From contig JAJEBZ010000095.1 of the NCBI GenBank assembly GCA_022822275.1, forward strand, positions 14,036 to 78,035: a stretch of 64,000 nucleotides of DNA, read 5' to 3'. How positions within the stretch are numbered: position 1 is the stretch's first letter; the number at the start of each line of letters is the position of its first letter. Below are positions 1 to 9,603 of the stretch, piece by piece. The notes below the pieces were generated by a model. That model searched no databases. It was given only the letters and a program-made list of their open reading frames with translations, and had not been told where the DNA came from. The position numbers and the translations under genes are program-made. The stretch comes from Candidatus Poribacteria bacterium. GTDB lineage: Bacteria; Poribacteria; WGA-4E; WGA-3G.

Positions 1-196
1 CGACCTGGCGGGGGTTCTCGTATTGGTTGCGGCGTGATTGCGTTGATGGAATAATTCCTGAAAGCTTAGATGCTCTAACTGGCTATAATTACTTACTATC
101 TATAACGTGAGTTCGGTTAAACTTTAATGTATGCTGGAATCGGTGTTGCAAACACTGCTATCCCCTTTATTCCCCTGCAATTTGGTTATGGTTGTG

Positions 197-507
197 GGGT
201 GTGTAAAGTTTTTGTCACCCTTTGTGTACGGAATCACGGATTGCGCGGATTTCACGGAAGACGCGGAGAAGACCTCTGCATCTAATCGTATTGCTTAGAG
301 AACTTTAATCATTTCAATATGGAAGGAAATATTGAAAGAGCTCTGCATCTAATCGTATTGCTTAGAGAACGCTTATCTGCTACCGGACGATCTCAGGCTG
401 GTATCTTATCCGCGTAATCCGCGTAATCCGCGTAATCCGTGATTCCGTACACAAAAGAAATATGAAATTCCTAAATTGACACTTACAGTGACAAAAACTT
501 TACACAC
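197..507 (+). repeat. MITE-like element, family A, copy 1 (~310 bp).
   Basis: The element starts 'GGGGTGTGTAAAGTTTTTG' and ends 'CAAAAACTTTACACAC', which form imperfect terminal inverted repeats. The same element recurs at 7991-8262 and, reverse-complemented, at 39860-40103. Internally it carries a 3x tandem 'gcgtaatcc' repeat (411-437) and a duplicated 29-mer 'ctctgcatctaatcgtattgcttagagaac' (276-304 and 343-371). Confidence 0.7.
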
Positions 508-597
508 TCATGGTTGTGTTTTTACTTTTTACATTTCTGAATTTGTGGTATGATAATATCAAAGCAATGTTTCAGTTAAGAAACTGAAAGGAGAAAA

Positions 598-1386
598 ATG
601 ATGTTAAACTTTACAAGTTTGCGTGTCTTTTTATTATTGGTTTTCGTTTTGGGATGTGTGTTAAATCAGACGGTCTACGCACAAGATGAAAACACTGTGT
701 TACTTTATACATTTGAAGCCAGTTCTGGTGATGTTGTCACGGACCTTTCTGGTAACGGTAACGATGGTCAACTCATGGGGAGTACGGAATGGGGTGGAGG
801 AAAACTTGGGAGTGGACTTGTTTTTGGTGGTAATGGACCAAGAGATTTTGTAGAAATTCCTGACAGCGATAGTCTTGATTTGGAAACGGGGCTCACAATT
901 GAGATGTGGGTTTTCCTAAATACTGCATCGTCAGCGGGTGGTACAGGTGCAACAAAAGAGAGTTCCTATAAATTTGGTCCGCGACACGATAGAAAAGTTC
1001 TTCTTCGTATGACAACTACCTCTGCAGGTTGGGTTGAAGGAATCCTTTTTAGTGATACAGTCTTGCAACTGAATAAGTGGATACATACTGCTGCTACTTA
1101 CGATGCAACATCTGATGTTAGCAAGGTTTACATTGACGGTGAATTGGATGCTGAGGGGACCATCGGGGGTGATATTGTTCTAAATGATCGTGAGCTTTGG
1201 CTTGGACGTGGTTCCAATCCATTTTTAGATGGGAAAATAGACGAGTTGCGAATTTCCAATGTAGCTCGTACTCAGAAAGAGGTGCAGCAGTTGATGAATC
1301 TCGGCATTGATGGTGTACTTGCGGTCACACCACAAGATAAGTTAGCAACGTCATGGGGCAAACTGAAGAAGGATTTTAGGAAATAA
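598..1386 (+). CDS. Secreted LamG / concanavalin-A-like lectin-domain protein.
   Basis: It has an N-terminal signal peptide (MMLNFTSLRVFLLLVFVLGCVLNQTVYAQ). The segment 'LSGNGNDGQLMGSTEWGGGKLGSGLVFGGNGPRDFVEIPDSDSLDL...LTIEMWVF' is typical of the Laminin_G_3 fold. An RBS (aaaggag) lies upstream. The C-terminal tail 'DKLATSWGKLK' is shared with the protein at 28492..29322. Confidence 0.65.
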   Translation: MMLNFTSLRVFLLLVFVLGCVLNQTVYAQDENTVLLYTFEASSGDVVTDLSGNGNDGQLMGSTEWGGGKLGSGLVFGGNGPRDFVEIPDSDSLDLETGLTIEMWVFLNTASSAGGTGATKESSYKFGPRHDRKVLLRMTTTSAGWVEGILFSDTVLQLNKWIHTAATYDATSDVSKVYIDGELDAEGTIGGDIVLNDRELWLGRGSNPFLDGKIDELRISNVARTQKEVQQLMNLGIDGVLAVTPQDKLATSWGKLKKDFRK

Positions 1387-1426
1387 ACCTTTAGTACACA
1401 ACATTATGCTGAGAGGTTTCTGAGAG

Positions 1427-2926
1427 ATGTCAAGCATGTTTGATTTCATCTGCAAGATTGGGTGCTTCTGCTATTTTGTTGATTGTATGCTAAACATTCG
1501 GTTTTTGAACAGGGTGTTACTTCCACTATTTATTGTGTTGATGCTGATGGCAAACATAGGCTATGCACAGAATAACGCTGAGACGATTGAAATTAGCAGG
1601 GGTTTTCCGTCCATTTTTCAGGCGTGGAGTGGTATTGAGAATCTACCGAATGAGAACGAAATGCGTCTATTGGCGCGACACGATCTTGCGTTTGGTCACC
1701 CCTACACGTTGTTAGAAGTTAGTTGGAACATCTCTGAATTACAACCTTATTCAGGTTTAGCGACAAGTTTGATGTCAAATCAGTTAGATGCTGCGCGGCA
1801 AAGAAAAGGTGAACTCCGATCTCTCAATCCTCATCTATTGTTGCTTGTAGAGATTCGGTATAGGGATGCTAAATATCTCTCTGCGTCTAACGAGAAGCAG
1901 GTAGAGAATTGGTGGGAGGTAGGCTATTTCCCACCGGACTCACCTTACTGGCTAAAAGGTAAGGATGGAAAATCTGTTATCGGATGGGGTGAAGATACCA
2001 ATGGCGATAAGGTCATAGATGAAAACGATACTATTCTCAATTATCTCATAGACTTTACGCATCCCGAAGTTCAAGATTTGATTGTCAAACAAGCGGTTGC
2101 ATTGGATAAATCTGGTCTATTTGATGGCATCATGTTGGATTGGTGGAATGAGGATTACGCCACTTCCCCGATTGGCATTGACGACTGGTCCGCAACCATC
2201 TTAACACCTGAGGCTGAATTGGAAGCGAGATTGTCTATTCTTCGTAAGGTACGAGCACAAGTGGACAACGATTTCCTCATACTCGTTAATGCGAATATGC
2301 GTCAAATTCCAAAATCCGCACCCTACGTTAACGGTATTTTTATGGAGTGCTATAAAGAGCACTATGATAAAGGTTATAACCTGAACCAGATTAGGCAGAT
2401 GGAAGAAACGCTGATATGGGCAGAAAAACATCTCCGAGAACCACAGATCAACTGTTTAGAAGGATGGCGGATGGTAGCAAATTACATGGGAGATAAGAAT
2501 GTTCGGATTGCCGAGAGGGATAGTGAAAGAAACCTGCAATGGATGCGTATGATCACAACACTGAGTCTGACACATTCTGATGGGTATGTTCTTTTTTCTG
2601 ATGATAATGCCATACCGAGTCCGGACCATTTACATAACTGGTACGATTTTTGGGACGCGGATTTGGGCAAACCGATACAGGATAAAGCCGTTGAATATAA
2701 TCGTGTGGCAGGTCTCTTTGTCCGAGAGTTTGAAAATGGATGGGTGGTTTATAATAGAAATGGTACACCTCAAGACATTACTTTTGATGTTTCAGTAAAA
2801 GCGATTAACAACGATAAACTTCATAAAGAGCATAAGATACCTGCTTATGATGGTGAAATTTTTCTTAGGCAGAACGTCAGAGGGATAGCTGCAAAGTTTG
2901 CGAGCCCCAACACAAAATCTGAATAA
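1427..2926 (+). CDS. Secreted TIM-barrel glycoside-hydrolase-like protein, tentatively GH114/GHL-like.
   Basis: The ORF is about 500 aa. An internal signal-peptide-like segment (MLNIRFLNRVLLPLFIVLMLMANIGYAQ) suggests the true start may be the Met at about 1487. The motifs 'GIMLDWWNEDY' and 'IFQAWSGIEN' resemble uncharacterised GH-like families. I cannot place the family without a search. Confidence 0.35.
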   Translation: MSSMFDFICKIGCFCYFVDCMLNIRFLNRVLLPLFIVLMLMANIGYAQNNAETIEISRGFPSIFQAWSGIENLPNENEMRLLARHDLAFGHPYTLLEVSWNISELQPYSGLATSLMSNQLDAARQRKGELRSLNPHLLLLVEIRYRDAKYLSASNEKQVENWWEVGYFPPDSPYWLKGKDGKSVIGWGEDTNGDKVIDENDTILNYLIDFTHPEVQDLIVKQAVALDKSGLFDGIMLDWWNEDYATSPIGIDDWSATILTPEAELEARLSILRKVRAQVDNDFLILVNANMRQIPKSAPYVNGIFMECYKEHYDKGYNLNQIRQMEETLIWAEKHLREPQINCLEGWRMVANYMGDKNVRIAERDSERNLQWMRMITTLSLTHSDGYVLFSDDNAIPSPDHLHNWYDFWDADLGKPIQDKAVEYNRVAGLFVREFENGWVVYNRNGTPQDITFDVSVKAINNDKLHKEHKIPAYDGEIFLRQNVRGIAAKFASPNTKSE

Positions 2927-3016
2927 ATCCGAGATTCAGGTAATCATCCACAAGCCATCAGCTATTGCTATCATCACCTGCAGCGTTTCTGCACATCTAC
3001 CCGACTTGTTAATCAA

Positions 3017-3354
3017 AATGTGAGTTTGATAATAATATTAAAGTGGGTTTGACGCAATGATTTAGAGGAAATCAACATGCTATATCACGCCTACCCAAAT
3101 TTGATGCCGAATAAATCGCAGCACTCCAGCGGAGTGCTATGTTTATAGAAAATCGGATTTTCAAGTTCTTGCACTCCAGCGGAGTGCTATGTGTGCTGAA
3201 ACCCTATACCGCTCCTACGGAGCGGGTGCTGTGTTGGATAGTTGCTATAAACATATTGCTCCTACGGAGCAAGGGACCTGTTCTGGTTTCCAACCAAGAT
3301 GAACGTCAACGAAACACCACATTCAAAATTGAATTGTTTTATTAAACTCACGTT
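3017..3354 (+). repeat. MITE-like element, family B, copy A.
   Basis: The termini 'AA(T/C)GTGAGTTTGATAA' and 'AAACTCACGTT' are inverted repeats. Internal palindromes are 'GCACTCCAGCGGAGTGC' (x2) and 'GCTCCTACGGAGC' (x2). A near-identical copy lies reverse-complemented at 28027-28315. The 3' end of this copy overlaps the stop codon of the flippase gene at 3353-3355. Confidence 0.7.
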
Positions 3355-4774
3355 AATCAAACGTGAACTTTGTGCGGAATTCGCCTAAAACAACAATTCC
3401 AATACCATAAAATATGATTGCTAAGGGAATCAGAATCCAAATTGTGAGAATCCCTTTCAACAATACCAAACCTAATCCCATTACAGCGGATAGTAGCAGT
3501 ACTTTCATAATGAAACCGATTTCGGTCAGTTTCGTAATTTTTTTGGAGATATAACCGAACCCGACGATGAGCAGAAATACCTCGCTTATGACCATAGCGA
3601 TTGCTGCACCGACATGACTGTAACGTGGGATTAGGATAAGGTTTAGGCAGATATTCAAGAGTGCGGTTGTTCCCATAAGCACAGCGAATGCTCGACGTTT
3701 GTCTGCAGCGCGCAGTACTGTTAGTACAACGGTAGTCAAGAAAATCATACCTCCCGATGCGCTTAGCCATCGTAATGCTATTGCGATATTCTCTCTGGTA
3801 TCTGAGGAATAAGCAGGGAACAACGTATGTGTTATTTCGTGGGAAAGGGTTGCCATGCCGACTGCTAACGGTACGGCACATATTACCATCCACCGCACAC
3901 CATAAGTATATGCTGCGGATAATTTTTCCCGTTTATTTTCATAGGCACGCGATAGTACAGGGAACATTGCCCCCATCATGAATGCGCCCGGTAGTGTCGT
4001 GAACGCGTTGACAATCGTATATGCTAAGCCGTACCATGTATTTGCATCAATGCCATCTGGGCTCAGTTTTGACAGCATAATTGCATCAACGCGAAAATAG
4101 ACAAGATTGAACAGGTTGCCGATTGCGAACGGCAGTGCTTGTTGCATCAGTATGGATATAATTTGACGACACGGTTCAAAACGAAGCGAAGTGAAACGGT
4201 ATCGCGTAAATCCGATGCTCAGGATCATGTTGACTACACTTGCGATTAGCATTACCTGGCACACATTCACCAGATCATATCCGAGCAGAATTGCTCCACA
4301 ACCAACGAAAAAGAACGTCCCGCGTTCTGCGACTACCGTGAATGCCTCATATTTCATCTCCTCATGTGCTCTAAACACACATCTATAGAGTTGTGCGATG
4401 CCGTTGACAATTTCTGCCAGTCCTAAATAGACAATCATTGTTACGATGATTGTGGTATATCCGAGGAATATACCGCTGATGACCATGAGGGCATAAGCGA
4501 CAATGGACAGGATAAGACGGACGAGGAGGGCATTGCCGAGGTAGTGGCGCGTTTGCGATAGGTTGAGTGTCATTTCCCGAATCAACGGGTTATGTATACC
4601 GAGTTCTGTTATGCTTGCGATGAGGTTTGTCAAAGCGATTGCAACAAAGTAGCCGCCTAATTCACTTTCTTCAAAAAAACGTGGCATTAACCAGATCGTT
4701 AGGATGAGTGAACCGAGGCGGCCAATCAGGTGTGCGCTAAACAGCGAAGATGTGTTTTTGAAAATGCGGTTCAT
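3353..4774 (-). CDS. Polysaccharide biosynthesis protein / oligosaccharide flippase (Wzx/MOP superfamily).
   Basis: The 473-aa protein is predicted to have about 12 hydrophobic transmembrane segments. Its N-terminal pattern 'LIGRLGSLILTIWLMPRFF...ELGGYFVAIALTNL' is typical of PF01943/PF13440 flippases. Confidence 0.55.
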   Translation of the reverse strand: MNRIFKNTSSLFSAHLIGRLGSLILTIWLMPRFFEESELGGYFVAIALTNLIASITELGIHNPLIREMTLNLSQTRHYLGNALLVRLILSIVAYALMVISGIFLGYTTIIVTMIVYLGLAEIVNGIAQLYRCVFRAHEEMKYEAFTVVAERGTFFFVGCGAILLGYDLVNVCQVMLIASVVNMILSIGFTRYRFTSLRFEPCRQIISILMQQALPFAIGNLFNLVYFRVDAIMLSKLSPDGIDANTWYGLAYTIVNAFTTLPGAFMMGAMFPVLSRAYENKREKLSAAYTYGVRWMVICAVPLAVGMATLSHEITHTLFPAYSSDTRENIAIALRWLSASGGMIFLTTVVLTVLRAADKRRAFAVLMGTTALLNICLNLILIPRYSHVGAAIAMVISEVFLLIVGFGYISKKITKLTEIGFIMKVLLLSAVMGLGLVLLKGILTIWILIPLAIIFYGIGIVVLGEFRTKFTFD

Positions 4775-4844
4775 CTAATTCGGTAGCGTTGACTCCCGTA
4801 AATGATTAATCAGAAGGGTGTTTATTAGACAAAATGCTTCGAGT

Positions 4845-5525
4845 TTAATACAATCCAATTCTAACATAGTTTGGCACTAAAGTCCAATAACTGTCACTAT
4901 CACCTTGTGTCAGCCGTTTTGCACCGAGTTTTGCGATTGTTGCTCCGCGCGGGACGTTAAAGATAGTGTCAGCGAAATGAATTCCCTTGCCAAATTTTTC
5001 TCGGATCGCCCCTCCATAACTTGCAAGTCCGTCACCAACGAAGGTAACAACGTTGTCATGAGATAGATGTTTATTGAGTTCATCAAGGAATGTATCGATC
5101 GGCATGCAGAGATCGTCAGTGAACCGTTGCCATTCTGCACCACCGTGGAAGATACTGCCATAGATTTCACGCCTGCGTGCATCAAGGACGGGACAAACGT
5201 ATCCCTTTGTCCACCGCAAATTATAGGCGATTGCTTCTAATGTGGAAACACCGACGATGGGTATATCAACAGCGTAGCAGAGAGATTTTGCTGTCGCTAC
5301 ACCGATACGGACACCTGTGAACGACCCCGGACCGATGCCAACTGCACAGCCGTCTAAGTCTTTCGGTGTAACTTCTCCCCATTTTAGGACACTGTCGATC
5401 GCTGGCATCAGTCTGGAGGAATGTGCTTGGACGATATTGAGTGTATGTTCTGCGACTATGTTCTCCGCATCTATGAGTGCAACGCTACCGATAGGGGTTG
5501 AGGTGTCAATACCTAATATTTTCAT
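4845..5525 (-). CDS. tsaB: tRNA threonylcarbamoyladenosine biosynthesis protein TsaB (YeaZ).
   Basis: The segments 'MKILGIDTSTPIGSVALID...' and 'GIGPGSFTGVRIGVATAKSLCYAVDIPIVGVSTLEA' give the TsaB/YeaZ signature. Confidence 0.8.
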   Translation of the reverse strand: MKILGIDTSTPIGSVALIDAENIVAEHTLNIVQAHSSRLMPAIDSVLKWGEVTPKDLDGCAVGIGPGSFTGVRIGVATAKSLCYAVDIPIVGVSTLEAIAYNLRWTKGYVCPVLDARRREIYGSIFHGGAEWQRFTDDLCMPIDTFLDELNKHLSHDNVVTFVGDGLASYGGAIREKFGKGIHFADTIFNVPRGATIAKLGAKRLTQGDSDSYWTLVPNYVRIGLY

Positions 5526-5666
5526 TTATGTGTCAGTCAGATTAAGTCAAATATGGAGATATTATACCATTTCTATATGATAACATTACATTATTTCGTA
5601 GGTCGGGTAGAAACGGTAGCGAAACCCGACTTTTTATAACGTCATGTCGGGTTTCGTTCCTCAACC

Positions 5667-7117
5667 CATAGGTGTCAACTTAAGAAAGGTTAAAGTTGTA
5701 TTTTCGTAATTAAAAGTGTTGCAAAAATGAAACACCTTTTGCATCATGTAGAATATACTATTTTTTATTTTACAAAGAGGTGTTTCAATGTCCATAGTAA
5801 CACAAGTTTCTAACAACATGCAAGAACTCTTTCACTCATCAATCAATCAAAAGGTTCAGGAGTTAGGGGTTGTCCAAAGAATCCGCAAACTCCCTTATGC
5901 TCTCTTCATTCAGGCCCTTGTATGTGGGTGGTTTGAAAAACCTGATGCGAGTTATGCTGACCTTGTTTATACGGCACAAGATTTGGGTATTCATATTTCT
6001 CGACAAGCAATCGCAAAACGGATGACCCCTGAGACAGCTAAAATACTCAAGGCAACCCTTGAAGTGGCAGCAACTCAAGTTTTGACTGTGAGGACACAAC
6101 ATCTTCCAATGTTGGATCAGTTCACAGGTGTATATGTACAAGACAGCACTTGGATCGCACTGCCAGATGAACTTCACACAATACATGGAGCTCCACCTAA
6201 CAAGAACGAACACCCCAAATCTGCCTTGAAACTCCAACTTTGCTTTGATGTTTTGACAGGCACTTTTCATCACTTTGATCTGACAGATGGTGTCATACCT
6301 GATAGTAAGGCTGCAGAACAGTTTTCACCCTTGCCCAAGGGGAGTTTATGTTTAGCAGATCTCGGTTATTTTTCATTGGATGCGTTTGATAAAATGACAC
6401 AAAAGGGTATCTATTGGATATCAAAACTCAAAGCGAAATGTAAACTATTTGACGAACTTGAAAAACCTTTTTGTTTGACAGAACGCCTTACCTCAGAAAC
6501 CTTAGACACCATTGATGTGAACTGCTTTATCGGTGCTACCAAGAAACTTCCTATACGACTTGTGGCATTACGCCTCTCTGAAGAACAAGCAAACAGTCAT
6601 CGTCGTGCCATCAGACGCGATGCAAAGCGAAGAGGGACCACGCCATCAAAAGAACGCCTAAAACACGCCGATTGGTATATTTTTATTACAAATGTGGATG
6701 CGACGCTGCTATCTGTAAAACAGATTGCGGCAATCGTTCGCATTCGATGGCAAGTTGAACTCATGTTTAAATGCTTCAAAAGTGTTGGCAGCGTGAACAA
6801 ATCACGCCGAGAAAAACCATATAGCATTTTATGTGAGGTATATGCCAAACTTATCACACAACTCCTAAGACACTGGATTATGATAGCAAGCGGTTGGCGA
6901 TGTATATACCACAATATCATCAAAACAGCAAAACTCATCAATCTATACGCACGCCACATCATAATCAGTTTTGGTAAATCCAAAACCGCACTACGAAAAA
7001 CTCTTGAAGAAATAAAACGAACTCTACGAAAAAGTGAGAAAAGGATTCGAAATCAAGGAAAAAACACAACATTAGAGCATTTACAAAGAGTAGAAAATCC
7101 TTAAGTTGACACCTATG
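5667..7117 (+). mobile_element. IS4-family insertion sequence (~1.45 kb).
   Basis: Perfect 18-bp terminal inverted repeats 'CATAGGTGTCAACTTAAG' (5667-5684) and 'CTTAAGTTGACACCTATG' (7100-7117) bracket a single transposase ORF. A 19-bp direct repeat 'GGGTTTCGTTCCTCAACCC' flanks both sides (5649-5667 and 7117-7135). Confidence 0.8.
5788..7104 (+). CDS. IS4-family DDE transposase.
   Basis: The 438-aa protein carries 'CLADLGYFS' (second Asp of the DDE triad) and 'IRWQVELMFKCFKS' (the Y-2-R-3-E-6-K block of IS4/IS5 transposases). Confidence 0.8.
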   Translation: MSIVTQVSNNMQELFHSSINQKVQELGVVQRIRKLPYALFIQALVCGWFEKPDASYADLVYTAQDLGIHISRQAIAKRMTPETAKILKATLEVAATQVLTVRTQHLPMLDQFTGVYVQDSTWIALPDELHTIHGAPPNKNEHPKSALKLQLCFDVLTGTFHHFDLTDGVIPDSKAAEQFSPLPKGSLCLADLGYFSLDAFDKMTQKGIYWISKLKAKCKLFDELEKPFCLTERLTSETLDTIDVNCFIGATKKLPIRLVALRLSEEQANSHRRAIRRDAKRRGTTPSKERLKHADWYIFITNVDATLLSVKQIAAIVRIRWQVELMFKCFKSVGSVNKSRREKPYSILCEVYAKLITQLLRHWIMIASGWRCIYHNIIKTAKLINLYARHIIISFGKSKTALRKTLEEIKRTLRKSEKRIRNQGKNTTLEHLQRVENP

Positions 7118-7289
7118 GGTTTCGTTCCTCAACCCGACCTACAATATATTATGACAATTTGTCAATTAGAAATGGTATTATATACTGTCAAGTTGTATGA
7201 GTCAAGATAAACAAAAATAAAGCAGGGTTATTCAGTGTAATCTGCGTCATCCGCTTTTCTGTCTGAACCAGGATTTTCAGACAAACACC

Positions 7290-7919
7290 CTACCTACCAA
7301 CCCAAAGCACACCCCTACGCACAACCTCCTGAAAACTTGGGTTCTCCAAAACGACCATATCATGCCCTAAAGCGAAATAGAAGACCCTGCCGTCCCCGTA
7401 AGTGTGATGAAATGCCATGACATGCGTTTGGTCTTTTGTGGTGTCATACGCCGACATCAGATGCTGTGAGGTGGCGGGGTTGTGTTTAAGATAGTAGAGT
7501 TCATCGGTCACCTCAAAATCGGTTAACCCTTCGGTGATCGGGTGTTCGGTGTTTGTTACCTTAACAGTAAAGTCCATGTACGGGCTGTGTCCGTTGAAAA
7601 AGCCGTTGAGCATGCTATGGTAAGCATCGGAGTCTCTGAAGGAAGCAGCTGCGGTGTGGAGTCCGAAAAATCCACCCCCACCGCTGATATAGTCAAGCAG
7701 CCCGGTTTCTTGTGCAGGTGTCAGTTCTCCGATATCGGTATAGAAAAGCACTGTGTTGTAGACATCAAGACCGTCTGCAAGGATTTGGTAGTCACGCGAG
7801 AAGTTGGCTTCAATCGTGTCGGTTTGGTTCAGCATCGTTGTTAGGTATTGTCCGTTCCCTTCGTGGTCGTGGTAGCGGCCTTCTGTCCCAACAAAGATAA
7901 GGGTTTTTGTTTTATCCAT
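7290..7919 (-). CDS. ThuA-domain protein (type-1 glutamine-amidotransferase-like, trehalose-utilisation family).
   Basis: 'GGGGFFGLHTAAASF' and 'RVFYFALGHD' are ThuA-like motifs in a protein of about 210 aa. Confidence 0.5.
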   Translation of the reverse strand: MDKTKTLIFVGTEGRYHDHEGNGQYLTTMLNQTDTIEANFSRDYQILADGLDVYNTVLFYTDIGELTPAQETGLLDYISGGGGFFGLHTAAASFRDSDAYHSMLNGFFNGHSPYMDFTVKVTNTEHPITEGLTDFEVTDELYYLKHNPATSQHLMSAYDTTKDQTHVMAFHHTYGDGRVFYFALGHDMVVLENPSFQEVVRRGVLWVGR

Positions 7920-7990
7920 ATTCGTCTCCTTTTTGTGTTGTTATGACAATAACACATAAGGGATTTTATGTCAATTTGTGAATACATGTA

Positions 7991-8262
7991 GGGTGTGTAA
8001 AGTTTTTGGCGTACAGAATCTCGGGTTACGCGGCATGTGTGCGGAATCGCGGATTTCACGGATTTCACGGATTTCACGGATTTCACGGATAAGTCCTCTG
8101 CATGACGGTGTATAGCATAGTAACTGCATTATCTCAGCAGCAAGATTAGTGGCAGCGGTCTTCTCCGCGTCTTCCGTGTAATCTGTGTAATCCGCGATTC
8201 CGTACACAAGGAAATATGAAATTCCTAAATTGACGCTTATATTGAACAAAACTTTACACACC
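7991..8262 (+). repeat. MITE-like element, family A, copy 2.
   Basis: It has the same termini as copy 1. Internally it carries a 4x tandem 'GGATTTCACGG' 11-mer (8048-8088) and the inverted pair 'gaagacgcggagaagac' / 'gtcttctccgcgtcttc'. The spurious ORF 7971..8324 ('REIREIREIR') is produced by this tandem repeat. Confidence 0.7.
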
Positions 8263-8534
8263 TGAGACGATGGTTGATTTGACAACAAACGGGAAGTAGA
8301 ATAAAATAAGATCAAGTTGAACATTTCTGATATAATAACTCAAGTTGCTACCTATAGGGTTTTAGGCCTACAGACATCGTTTTTAATAGAGTATAATACA
8401 CTTTTTGGAAGTTTTTGTAGCACAAACTGACAGTTTGTGTGCTAAAATGCACAATCTAACAGATTGTGCTACATGGGTGGCAACTTAGGTTATAATAGGA
8501 AAGTCGTATTTGTTAAAAATATGAGGGAACATCT

Positions 8535-9584
8535 ATGAGCAAAACAAGAAAAGTTGTGATGCGAAATGACGCAGGACGTATATGGACAGAGGAACAGGAA
8601 ACACCAGCACCGAAACAGGGACAGTTGCTAATTGCGGTGCACGCCTCTATGGTCAGTCCGGGGACAGAACTTGGTGGTATGAAACGGAGACGTGAAAAAC
8701 CGGGAGACGCAACAAAGCAACGTCCGTTTGGATATACAAACGCTGGTGTTGTTATTGGTAAGGAAGGGGATTGTGACGAATTCGAGATTGGTGACAGAGT
8801 TGCTGGCATGGGAGGTGGTTACGCACTACATGCAACGTATGCTTGTGTGCCGCATAACTTGTGTGCCAAAATCCCTGATAACGTCAAATATGAGGAAGCA
8901 GCATCTATTCATCTCGCAGCGACAGCACTGCACGCTGTGCAACGCGGGCGTATCCGCATCGGTGAGAACGTTGTTGTTGCAGGATTGGGTATTGTTGGGC
9001 AATTCGCTTGCCAAATTGCTAAAACAGCTGGTGCTTATGTCATCGGTTTAGATCAATTACCATTACGGATAAGCATTGCTGAAAATGCAGGCATAGACCT
9101 TGCAATAAACGTATCTGAAACAGACCCGATCCTGATTTCGAAGGAATTTACACGTGGATATGGCATGGATTGTGGTATTATTGCTTTCGGTGGGGATGCA
9201 ACGAGTGCTTTTCAGCAGATACGTGCCATGCTGCAGTTAGCCCCAGATACACATCACTATGGACGGATTGTCATTGTTGGTGGGGCGAGTATTACACACA
9301 AGTTTGCAGCAGGTCTTGGGAATGTTGATGTAATTAGTGCGGCACGGACGGGACCGGGTTACCACGATGAGGACTATGAACACGGCTCGGATTACCCGCC
9401 AGTGTTTGTGCCGTTTCCTACACAACGCAACTTGGAATTAGCACTCCGTCTCATGTCAGAAGGCAAGATAAATGTTGAAGCTTTAATCACTGATATTGTG
9501 CCGATTGACAAAGCAGCAGATGCATGCGAAAAACTGATCCAAACCCCAAATGAAGCATTAGGTGTGATTTTTACAATGCAGTAG
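8535..9584 (+). CDS. Zn-dependent alcohol dehydrogenase (MDR family, threonine/sorbitol dehydrogenase-like).
   Basis: The N-terminal domain has the GroES-like fold ('VSPGTELGG'). The Rossmann motif is 'VVVAGLGIVGQFACQIAK'. An RBS (gaggga) lies upstream. Confidence 0.65.
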   Translation: MSKTRKVVMRNDAGRIWTEEQETPAPKQGQLLIAVHASMVSPGTELGGMKRRREKPGDATKQRPFGYTNAGVVIGKEGDCDEFEIGDRVAGMGGGYALHATYACVPHNLCAKIPDNVKYEEAASIHLAATALHAVQRGRIRIGENVVVAGLGIVGQFACQIAKTAGAYVIGLDQLPLRISIAENAGIDLAINVSETDPILISKEFTRGYGMDCGIIAFGGDATSAFQQIRAMLQLAPDTHHYGRIVIVGGASITHKFAAGLGNVDVISAARTGPGYHDEDYEHGSDYPPVFVPFPTQRNLELALRLMSEGKINVEALITDIVPIDKAADACEKLIQTPNEALGVIFTMQ

Positions 9585-9603
9585 ATTGCGTTAGGATGAG
9601 AAC

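Noticed and set aside
3139-3345. A 68-aa ORF (3139..3345), and its counterpart 27897..28103.
   Set aside because: Both lie inside MITE family B copies in opposite orientations. They have the same sequence and different frames, so they are non-coding repeat sequence.
8048-8088. The tandem 'GGATTTCACGG' x4 as a possible CRISPR array. The 'gcgtaatcc' x3 at 411-437 was considered likewise.
   Set aside because: The units are 9-11 bp with no spacers. This is microsatellite-like variation inside a MITE, not repeat-spacer architecture. No CRISPR array was found anywhere in the window.
7971-8324. A 117-aa ORF containing 'REIREIREIREIR'.
   Set aside because: It lies entirely inside MITE family A copy 2. 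The repeat peptide is simply the translation of the 4x tandem 'ccgtgaaatcc' 11-mer. It has no RBS and no conservation.
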